The translations under genes were made by a program, and so were the position numbers. Below, one piece after another: positions 37,726 to 46,445 of a stretch of DNA of 64,000 nucleotides (positions are counted from its first letter, which is position 1; the number at the start of each line of letters is the position of its first letter). Below the pieces are notes generated by a model, which saw nothing but the letters and a program-made list of their open reading frames with translations, made no database searches and was not told the origin of the DNA. The DNA is taken from contig CAWGDD010000010.1 in assembly GCA_963821285.1 (NCBI GenBank), positions 530,715 to 594,714 of the forward strand. The letters run 5' to 3'. Origin of the DNA: an uncultured Acidobacteriota bacterium (GTDB taxonomy: Bacteria > Acidobacteriota > Vicinamibacteria > Vicinamibacterales > CAVVIG01).

Positions 37726-38407
37726 TCATCTCCTGCGTACGGGAATCAACAGAATCCTGGCACCGGCACGCACGCCCCGGATGACGGTTCCGGCCGGAAG
37801 CGCAATCGGCTTCCGGAACAGAAACGGGTGTCGCGCGCTTTGTGCGTACTCGTACAGCCACACCAGCGGCTCGACGTCGCCGTCTGGCCGCACGGCGACA
37901 ACCTGCATCGAGGCGCCCGCCGGCACGCGCTCGGGGTACAGGCCATCGATCGTCACCGCGCGTTGGAGTTTCGTCGTGCCCGTCACGGCGATCGCGCCGG
38001 CCGGGACGGCATATCGCGCGGTTTCGGCGAACTTCGGGACCGGCGGCAGCGACTTGGGGTTGTTGCCGCGCGTGATGCCGCCTTCCACCCAGTCCGCAAC
38101 GAGCCCGATCTGCTCCTGCGTCAACCCCTCGTCGTTCCTGAAATTTCCGAAGCCCTTCACGGCGCCCCAGGGAGGCATGCGCCGTGCCAGCACGCTGTCC
38201 TTGATGGCCGACGCGTACGGCTGCGCGTCCTGATAGGTTATGAGCGAAAACGCTCCGCCGCCGTCGCGATGGCACGCGGCGCACCGCTCGTACACGATCC
38301 GCGAGATCTCCCGGTTCCAGGTAATCGGCGCCGCGCTGGGGTCGTGCGCGCGCAGGTTCACAGCAGTCGCGAACAGCACGGCCGACGGCGAGAATGCAGC
38401 GCGTCAT
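37726..38407 (-). CDS. secreted c-type cytochrome domain protein with C-terminal beta-sandwich (copper-monooxygenase-like fold is tentative), frameshift near 38380
   Basis: MTRCILAVG, then after the shift VLFATAVNLRAHD. ERCAACHRDGGGAFSLITYQDA...RRMPPWGAVKGFGNFRNDEGLTQEQI. Confidence 0.65.
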
Positions 38408-38426
38408 CACAGTTGACAATCGTGCT

Positions 38427-39365
38427 GTGCGGGCCTTCACGATCGGCGGCCTTCTTCTGGCGCTCGGCGCGGCGGGCGCATGCACACGCACGCCCGAGGC
38501 TCCGCCCCCCGCCCGAGGACGCGGCGGCGCGGCGAACCGCCAAGGCGAAGTCGCCGGCGCCGAACCCGTCGGTCGATCTCGCCTACGTCTGCCCCATGGA
38601 TCGCGACATCCGGTCGGCCGGTCCGGGCAAATGCCCGCGGTGCGGCATGGCCCTGGTGGCGGGCGTCCCCGACCAGACCGAATATCACGTGGACGTCTCC
38701 GTCACGCCGCGCCCCGCGAAACCCCACGAGACGGTCCACCTCACGTTCGCGGTGTTCGACCCGTGGAAAGACCGGCCCGTCGACAAGTTCACCGTCGTTC
38801 ACGAAAAGCTCTTCCACACGTTCATCGTCAGCCGCGACCTGCAGTTCTTCGTCCACGACCATCCCGTCTGGCGCGACGGGGCGTTCCACTTCGACATCGC
38901 GTTTCCCAAACCCGGCATGTATCGCGTGCTCGGCGACTTCTACCCGGAGGCCGCGGCGCCGCAGCTGATATCCGAGACCGTCTTCGTGGCCGGCGACGAA
39001 GCGCCTCCCGCTCCGCTCACCCGCGACTACTCCGCGAAGGACGCCGCGAACCTGAAGGTCGAGTTCTCCACGAGCCCCGAACATCCCGTCGCCGGCCTCA
39101 CGACGCAGATACGCGTCCACCTGGCGCCCGGCGAGGGCCTGCAGCAGTACCTGGGCGCCTGGGGCCACATGCTGACGGCCAGCGACGATCTCATCGACAT
39201 GATCCACACGCATCCTTACATCGCGGACGGCAGCCCGCAAATGCAGTTCACCCTCACGTTCCCGCGGCCGCGCGTCTACCGCGTGTGGGTGCAGTTCCAG
39301 CGCAACGGCGTCGTCAATACGGCGCATTTCGATGTGCGCCCGTCGGCGCGCCCACCACGTCCTGA
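38427..39365 (+). CDS. lipoprotein with heavy-metal-binding domain (YVCPMD...CPRCGM), frameshift at C6 run 38505-38510, 3' end uncertain
   Basis: GTG start gives MRAFTIGGLLLALGAAGAC. After the shift: DLAYVCPMDRDIRSAGPGKCPRCGMALV, then an Ig-like body (YRVLGDFYPE...YRVWVQFQRNGVVNTAHFDV). Neither candidate frame has a convincing stop before it overlaps the cusA 3' end. Confidence 0.65.
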   Translation: MRAFTIGGLLLALGAAGACTRTPEAPPPARGRGGAANRQGEVAGAEPVGRSRLRLPHGSRHPVGRSGQMPAVRHGPGGGRPRPDRISRGRLRHAAPRETPRDGPPHVRGVRPVERPARRQVHRRSRKALPHVHRQPRPAVLRPRPSRLARRGVPLRHRVSQTRHVSRARRLLPGGRGAAADIRDRLRGRRRSASRSAHPRLLREGRREPEGRVLHEPRTSRRRPHDADTRPPGARRGPAAVPGRLGPHADGQRRSHRHDPHASLHRGRQPANAVHPHVPAAARLPRVGAVPAQRRRQYGAFRCAPVGAPTTS

Positions 39366-42300
39366 TATCCTCGCCGATGACGAACAGGCACGGCGTCATG
39401 AAGAGCACGTGCAGGCTCGACGTGACCATGCCGCCGATGCTCGGCGCCGCGATCGGCTTCATGATCTCCATGCCCGGCGCCGCTCGCGAACATGACGGGC
39501 AGCAGCGACAGGACGATCGCGGCCACGGTCATGAGCTTCGGCCGCAGACGGGTCGCTGACCCCTCGATCACGGCGTCGATGTACGACTGCCGCCTGGTCC
39601 GCCCGGTCTGGTCGTCGCGGTGGTCGAGCGCGCCTCGAATGAAGATCACCATGATGATGCCGGTCTGCACGGCCACGGCGAAGAGCGAGATATAGCCGAC
39701 GATCACGGCGGTCGTCATCGGGTAGCCGAGCAGCCACTGCAGGAACACGCCGCCCACCATCGCGAAGGGCACCGACAGCAGAATCAGCACGCTCTCCGCG
39801 ACCGAACGGAACGCGACGACCAGCAGGCCGAAGATGATCGCGAGCGTCAGCGGCACGATGAGCCGCATCCGGGCGCGCGCCGCGGCCGCGTACTCGTAGA
39901 GTCCCGTCCACTCGATCGAGTAGCCGGCCGGCAGCGTCAGGTTCTTCGCCAGCAGCGCCTGCGCGCGTGTCCACGTAGTCGGGGCCCGTGACGTTCTGCA
40001 GATCGACGTAGATGTAGCCGGCGAGCTCGCCGTTGTCGTTCCGGATCATCTCCGGCATCTTTCGCACCGCCACGTCCGCGATATCCCCGAGCGGAACCGA
40101 CCGTCCGTCGCCGGTCACGACCGGCGTGTTCTTGATCTTGTCGAGCGTGTCGATGTACTCGGGCGAATACTGCACGCTCAGCGGGATCACGGTGTCGCCG
40201 GCCTGCTTGACGCCGACGATGTTGTCGCCGCCGATGGCGTAGCGCACCGTGGCCATCGCTTCGTCCACCGTGACGCCGTGCTCGGCCATGCGTGCGAGAT
40301 CGTTCTGCACGTCGACGTAGTAGCCTTCGGAAATCCGCTCGGCAATCACGGACTTGGTGCCGGGCAGGCTCTCGCAGCAGCACCTCGATCTGCTGCGAGA
40401 TGTCCTCGATGACGCCAACCTCAGGGCCCTTGACCTTGATGCCCGACCGGCGTCTGGATGCCGGTGCTCTGCATCATCACGCGGCCCCGAATCGGCTGCA
40501 CCCAGGCGTTCACGTAGCCGATCGTCTCGGCCGCCTTGTCCATTTCGGCGACGAGCCTGTCCTTCGTCATGCCCTTGCGCCATTTCGACTTCGGCTGCAG
40601 CAGGACGGTCGTCTCGATCATCGTGAGCGGCGCCGGGTCGGTCGACGTGTCCGCCCGGCCGATCTTGCCGAAGACTCGCTCGACCTCGGGGAACGCCTTC
40701 AGCTTCTTGTCCATCTGCTGGACGATCCAGCCGGCCTCGCGATTGGGCAGGCCCGGCAGTGTCGTCGGCATATAGAGGATGGCGCCCTCGTCGATGTCGG
40801 GCAGGAAGTCCTTCGGGAACCGCGCGAGCAGGACGGCGGCCGGGATCAGGACGAGCATGCCGGTCGCCGGTGAACGCGTAGCGGTACCGAATCACGGCCC
40901 GGAGCGCGGATCGGTACATCTGACCGCCGCGCTCTCCCGGAAGTCCTTCTGCGCCAGCGTATCGTGCTTGAAGATCCACACCACGATCAGCGGCAGCAGC
41001 AGCATCGTCAGCAGCGTCGAGAACGCCATCGCGAACGTCTTGCTGTAGGCCAGCGGATCGAAGAGGCGGGCTTCGCGTTCCTCCAGGAAGAACACCGGCA
41101 GGAACGACGCCAGGATGATCAGCAGCGAGAACAGCAGCGGCTTCGCGACCGAGGCGATCGAGTGAACGAGCAGATCTCCTCCTTCTCTTCGCGGCTGATC
41201 GACCCGCGCATCGACAACTCGGCGGTGCAGTTCTCGACGATGACGATCGTCGCGTCGGCGATCTCGCCGATCGCGATGGCCAGGCCCGCCAGCGAGAACA
41301 GGTTGATCGTCTGGCGGAAGCCGACGAGCGGCATCGCCGTGAAGAGCGTGCTGAGGAGCAGGATGGCGATCGGCCCGACGGCGGTGCGGATGTTCCGCAG
41401 GAACAGCAGCGTGACGACGATGAGGACGACCAGCTCGATGGCCAGCGTCTCGAAGAACTGCCGGAGCGTCGCCCAGATCCAGGCCGATCGGTCGTAGGCG
41501 GTGACGATCTCGACGCCCCGCGGCAGCAGCGGACGCAGCTGCTGGAGCTGCTGCTCGAGCGACCGCGTGATCGGCGAGGACGTTCTGGTCCTGCTCCATG
41601 ATCGACGATGCCGCCGACGACTTCGCCGGTGCCGTCCAGGTCGACGGTGCTGCGCCGCTGGTCGTAGCCGACCTGCAGGTAGCCGACGTCCTTGAGCGTG
41701 ATCGGTCGTCCCGTCACGCTGACGGCCGACGACCAGCTACGTCCAGCTTGTCGACGTCCTCGGTGTTGATCGACGCCGCGGAGCTGGTAGTCGCGGTTGG
41801 TGACCTCGATCATGCGTCCGCCGGCTTCCTGGAAGACATCCTGGACGGCGGCAATCACCTGCCGGAGCGGGATGCCCGCCTTCGCCAGCAGCGGCGGGAA
41901 GATCTTGATCTGGTACTGCTTCTCCAGCCCGCCGACCGACGCCACTTCCGCGACGCCGGGGACGGTCTGCAGCGCCGGCTTGATCTGGCTCTCGTTCACC
42001 AGCCGCAGGTCGCGCAGGTCGTGCGCGCCCTCCGCGATCGACGAGCGCGTACTGGTAGATCCAGCCCATGCTGCTGGCGTTGGGCCCGAGCGTGACGCTG
42101 GCGTCCGGCGGCAGCTGCGGGCGGATGGCGTTGATCTCGGTCGAGCACCAGCTGCTGCACGGCGTCCCGCCGCGCGCCGTTGCTCGAGAATCACGTAGAT
42201 GAACGAGTAGCCCATGTGCGAGCTGACCCGCGGAGCGACTGGATGTCGGGGGACCCGACGAGCGCGCTGATCGAGCGGCTCGGTCACCTCGCGCTCCAGC

Positions 42301-42478
42301 AGCTGCGGGCTGCGCGGCCACTTCACGTAGACGACGATTTGCGGATCGGAGATGTCCGGGATGGCGTCGAGCGACGCGGTCCGGATGGAGTAGACGCTGA
42401 CCAGCACGCCGGCCGCGACCAGCAGCCAGACGACGGCCTGCCAGCGGATGACGAGTCTAATGAGGCGCGATGATGCAT
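39314..42478 (-). pseudogene. cusA: CusA/CzcA-type heavy-metal RND efflux pump, at least 15 reading-frame changes
   Basis: Recognisable RND blocks are scattered over all three minus frames: LDAIPDISDPQIVVY, MGWIYQYALVDR, VAEVASVGGLEKQYQIKI, DLDGTGEVVGGIV, FSLAGLAIAIGEIADATIVIVEN, AKPLLFSLLIILASFLPVFFLE, ILYMPTTLPG, VPLTLAIIFGLLVVAF, MKPIAAPSIGGMVTSS. Confidence 0.8.
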
Positions 42479-43168
42479 CGCGGGTCGTCGGCGGTCCGGT
42501 CGCCCTTCAGCTTGTGCTCGGCGTCGATGAAGAAGCTGCCGAACGTCACGACCTGGTCGCCATCGTTCACGCCGCCGAGCGACCTGCGTGTAGCAACTCG
42601 CCCTGGATGCCGGTGTGAATCTCCTGCGGGCACGTACTGACCGGCGCTGCGCTGCACGTAGACGATGCGCCGTGTCGCCTTCTTCGATGATCGCTTCGTT
42701 CGGAACGGCCAGGAACGGCCCGCGCTCGACGACGATCTCCATGACGTAGTGGGTGGTGTTCTGGCGACCCGATAGCCGTGCAGCGTGCGCTTCAACAGTC
42801 GCGCCGCCCGGCGCTGGCGGTGACGCGCGTCACGTACGCCTGGTACATCGACGACTTGGAGCTCGGCGGAAAGGCGCGCACCCGCTGGCCGACCTTGACC
42901 AGCGCGGCCTCAGGTCCGGCGAGCGATGCGCGTCAGGATCTTCCCGGACTTGTCGATGGTGCCGGCCGTGCGGACCCACGTCTGAATGAGCCGGGGTGTC
43001 ACCGCGCTGACAGCGTCAGGGTGAGGTCGGCCGCCTGGGATTCGGTGACGGCCGTGCTCTTGGGCCCGGCCAGGCGCGTGTGCTGCGCGGACGTCCTGCG
43101 CCGGCCGGAAGCGCCGGCGGCGCAGGCCCGAGCATCACGACCGCCGCAAGACAGGACGCCGAACGCGC
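42457..43168 (-). pseudogene. cusB: CusB-like RND periplasmic adaptor, short and multiply frameshifted
   Basis: Fragments in different frames: LTLSAVTPRLIQTWVRTAGTIDKSGKILT, VKVGQRVRAFPPSSKSSMYQAYVTRV, YVMEIVVERGPFLAVPNEAIIEEGD, RIVYVQRSAGQYVP, EIHTGIQGE, GGVNDGDQVVTFGSFFIDAEHKLKG. The stop overlaps the cusA start region. Confidence 0.55.
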
Positions 43169-43179
43169 GCGGCACGCGA

Positions 43180-44382
43180 TCAGTGACAGTAGTTGTCCTT
43201 GCTGTCCATGATGTGCGTGCCCCACGGAAACAGCCCGACGTTGGCGACCTTCTCGAACGTGCTCGGTCTTCGCATCGATGATGACGACCGCAGTTCGTCG
43301 GTCGACTCGGCGAGATAGAGCTTCTCGTCCGCCGTGTCGGTCGTGGCGGTCTCGAGCTGGATGTTCGTGCCGATCTTGATGCGACCGGCCGGCCGCAGCG
43401 TCTTCATGTCGTACACGTAGACGAACCCGCTCGTTGAGCTGATGACGAACGCCTTGCCGGCCGCGAAGTTGACGCCCGTCATGTCCGGTCCGGCTTCGAG
43501 CGTCGCCGCCACCTTGTTGGCCTGCGAGGTCGATGATCGAGATCGTCTCGATCGCCGTTGTTCGGCGTGATCGCGTACTTGCCGTCGTGGCTCATGTAGA
43601 TGCGCCACGGCGTTCTTGCCCACGCGGATCGTCTTGATCACCTTGTCTTCGCGCGGATCGATCACCCCGACCACGCCCAGATCGCCGTCCGCGGCGTAGA
43701 GGAGCTGCCGTCGTTGGTGATCGCGGCGATGTTGATGCCCTTGATCTCGCCGAGGTACTTGCTCGGGATCGAGCTCGCGCGACGCCGGGCACGTCGGCCA
43801 TCTGGATCTTCTTCAGCAGCTCGTGCCGCCGGACGTCGATGACGCCGACCCAGTGGGCGCCGTAGTTGCCGACGTAGGCCTTGGATCCGTCCGGCAGAGA
43901 ACGTGACGTTGAGCGGCTCGGCGAGGCCGGGAATCGTCTTGATCTTCGTCAGCGACACCATGTCGATCACGGAGATCGAATCGCCGTCGGGATTGCCCTG
44001 GTAGTACCAGCGGCTGTCCGGCGAGAACGACAGGTGCTCCGGCGCGATGTCCACGTTGATCACCTTCACGAGCTGCAGCGTGCTGCGCGTCGATGATGTA
44101 CGCCTTGTTGGCGCGCGTGCCGCCGGTCACCACGTAGCGTCCGTCCGGCGACATCATCACCATGTGCGGGTTGACGTTGTTGCCGAGGAAGGTCCTGCCG
44201 ACGATCTTCTTCGTCTTGATGTCCATGAACGCGATGTCGTTCGAGTCGCGATTGACGATCATGACGACCGACGTCGGATCAATCACTTTCACGTCCGCGG
44301 CGCGCAGGCCCACGTTCGCCAGCGCCCCGCCGACCGCAGCAGCCAGTAGAGTTGCGATGAGAAAGCGTCTTGCGCGTGCCAT
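43180..44382 (-). pseudogene. YVTN-family beta-propeller repeat protein, at least 6 reading-frame changes
   Basis: ATG at 44382 is preceded by GGAGGA. Signal MARARRFLIATLLAAAVGG. Repeats such as MMSPDGRYVVTGG, SFSPDSRWYYQGNPDGDSISVIDM, DGSKAYVGNYG..VGVID (recovered across frames) and FVYVYDMKT are spread over three frames. Confidence 0.6.
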
Positions 44383-44408
44383 CTTGTGTCCTCCTGCCCG
44401 AGTGACCA

Positions 44409-46052
44409 TCAGAACCTCGCCTGCAGCCGCACGCCCGGAATCAGGAACCCGTAGTCCGGCGTCCCCGCCTGCCGTTCGAAATAGTGCTGCACGTGGAGCG
44501 ACAACCGCAGCTTCTCGGAAATCTGGAAGTTGTAGTAGCCCTCCACCTGCTTCTCGTTGTCGCCGGAACCGAGCATCGTCTGCGAGTATCCCACGCCCCA
44601 GAAGTCGAGGGGATTGAATACCGCTCCATTCTGGATCTGAAAGCCGAGACTCCAGAAGTTGTCCTTGTCGACGTCCGCATCAGCCCGGCCGTACCGTCCG
44701 AACAACCCGAACTGCGACGTCAGTTTCTGATCGAGGCTCAACCCCCATGCCTGCCGGCTGGTGCCCGTCGCGTTGTCATTGCGGAACCACACGCGGTAGT
44801 TGCCTTCCGACAGGCCCGGCGGACGCGCCACGTAGTCGGCTTCGACCATCGAGAAGATCGAGTCCGACAGGTTCGTTGCGTCGGTGTTGCTCTGCTGGAA
44901 ACCGCCCTTCACGGCGAAGCCGTTCTTCGGATCGAACACGCCGACAACGCCGGCGCCGTTGCTGGTCAGTCCGAGCATCGGGTTGTTCACGAGCGCGTCG
45001 CTGATGAACTGGAACGTCTCGTCGTTGGCCATCGCGTTGCGGTCGAAGTAGTTGGCCAGGTCGAGGCGTCCTGCGCTCAGGCCGAGCTTCTGCGAGAACA
45101 ACTCGGTCCGCAGCCAGGCCTCGCGAACGTTCACCTCGTTCTGCCGCACGAGGCGCGCCGTATAGCTGTTGATCAACGTCAGCGAGGGGATTTCGGCGTC
45201 AGGCGGAGCACCCGAGAGGCCCACGATGTCCGCGAAGAAGCTCGTGTACTGCGCGATGCCGGCCGAGAACAGAAGGTCGGCCGAGGCGAGCTGATAGAAA
45301 TGGTTGTTGGCGTCCGGATCCAGCGCGGCACCCTTGGTTTGATGAGCGAACTGGGTCACGCTGGCCGCGCTCACGCCGATCTGGATGCGCTTGGCGTTCT
45401 CGTCGCCGAGCGCCTGCTCGAGCTTCTCGCTGAGCCACGTCCGGCGGTAAACACGCTCGCGCTGATACGTGACTTTCTTCTCGGCGCCGGGGACGGGCTC
45501 GTCGTGCTCGTTCCCGTTCTTGTCCACGTAGACTTCGACCCGCTTCACGCGCGTTTCGGGCTCGGACAGGACCGTGCCCGATTCGAGGTCGTTGATACGC
45601 TGCTCGAGCGCCTTGATGCGGTCGAGCAACGCCTGTGGATCGTTGGCGGACCCTGTGGTGGCCACAGTCGGCAGCGGTGCCCCGGGCACGTCGAGTTGCT
45701 CCAACGCGACCGTCAGGGTCTGCGGCTGGTTGGCGACCGTGACTTCCTGCGACGACCGCTCGAAACCTGGTGCATCGACTAGCAGGACGTACTGCCCCGG
45801 GGGGACCTGACCGAACGTAAACGTCCCGTTCGCCGCCGACGTCGTCGTCCGGTCGGGGGCCATGCCGGGCATGTTGGCTGGCATGGCGGGGGCGCCCGGC
45901 GGCGGCAGCACCCGGAGCGTCACGTCGGCGCCCGCGATGACACCTCCCCGGGCGTTGGACACACTGCCACCGACCGTGGCAGTCTGGGCCGAGGCACCGG
46001 CCGCCGTCAGCAGGACGGCGGCACAGGTCGCGGCCAGACAGAATCTACTCAT
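44409..46052 (-). CDS. outer-membrane porin (OprB/carbohydrate-porin-like barrel) with N-terminal carboxypeptidase-regulatory-like domain and coiled-coil linker
   Basis: 547 aa, intact, with a signal peptide. GGSVSNARGGVIAGADVTL, LLDRIKALEQRINDLE, a beta-barrel-like C-half and C-terminal ...GVRLQARF. First gene of the porin-YVTN-cusB-cusA string. Confidence 0.65.
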   Translation of the reverse strand: MSRFCLAATCAAVLLTAAGASAQTATVGGSVSNARGGVIAGADVTLRVLPPPGAPAMPANMPGMAPDRTTTSAANGTFTFGQVPPGQYVLLVDAPGFERSSQEVTVANQPQTLTVALEQLDVPGAPLPTVATTGSANDPQALLDRIKALEQRINDLESGTVLSEPETRVKRVEVYVDKNGNEHDEPVPGAEKKVTYQRERVYRRTWLSEKLEQALGDENAKRIQIGVSAASVTQFAHQTKGAALDPDANNHFYQLASADLLFSAGIAQYTSFFADIVGLSGAPPDAEIPSLTLINSYTARLVRQNEVNVREAWLRTELFSQKLGLSAGRLDLANYFDRNAMANDETFQFISDALVNNPMLGLTSNGAGVVGVFDPKNGFAVKGGFQQSNTDATNLSDSIFSMVEADYVARPPGLSEGNYRVWFRNDNATGTSRQAWGLSLDQKLTSQFGLFGRYGRADADVDKDNFWSLGFQIQNGAVFNPLDFWGVGYSQTMLGSGDNEKQVEGYYNFQISEKLRLSLHVQHYFERQAGTPDYGFLIPGVRLQARF

Positions 46053-46177
46053 AGCGCCTCACCTCTTCGCAGTGACCATTGAGCTCGTCGGAATGGGAAA
46101 ATGGCAGCCCGGGCTCTGAAGCGGCCTGAGCCTACTACGGCAATCCGGCACTGCATCCGGTGGGACGGTCACTTCGT

Positions 46178-46200
46178 GGTCAGTGACGCGGTCACTGACC
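46178..46200. promoter_or_regulatory. perfect 10-bp inverted repeat, candidate operator (GGTCAGTGAC-gcg-GTCACTGACC)
   Basis: Located 126-148 nt upstream of the porin start, with another GGTCA at 46167-46171. The 10-mer GGTCAGTGAC recurs at 54701-54710, and TCAGTGACA recurs at 52641-52649. Confidence 0.5.
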
Positions 46201-46274
46201 TGATCTGACAGGGCAAGGCGAGACCCAGCCACAGTGGGGCGTTATGCTTGCCGTCGTACCCGCTCCACCAGGGC

Positions 46275-46297
46275 GTAGTGCAGGCCTTCAGGCCTGC
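46275..46297 (+). repeat. REP element, consensus copy
   Basis: GTAGTGCAGGCCTTCAGGCCTGC, immediately left of W3. A degenerate remnant (GCGGCCTGAGCCTACTAC) lies at 46121-46138. Confidence 0.8.
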
Positions 46298-46304
46298 CGG
46301 AAAC

Positions 46305-46445
46305 GGTCCCAAGTCCTTGGGCCTTTGTTCCTGGTCCGTTCTTGGTCCATGGTCCACGCCTGTCCGCGCATCCGTGCACGAGTTGCGGGAACCGTGCGGA
46401 CCACGGACGGGATGGACCAAGAACCAAGAACCAAGGACCAAGGAC
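46305..46445. repeat. word-hairpin W3, same word family as W2
   Basis: The left arm is GGTCCCAAGTCCTTGGGCCTTTGTTCCTGGTCCGTTCTTGGTCCATGGTCC. The right arm is GGACCACGGACGGGATGGACCAAGAACCAAGAACCAAGGACCAAGGAC. The right arm abuts the stop codon of the receptor gene (46445-46447). Confidence 0.75.

Noticed and set aside
39314-44382. Programmed ribosomal frameshifting or transcriptional slippage as an explanation for the frame changes.
   Set aside because: There are far too many shifts per gene, in both directions, with no slippery heptamers or consistent downstream structures. Indel error or decay is the simpler explanation.
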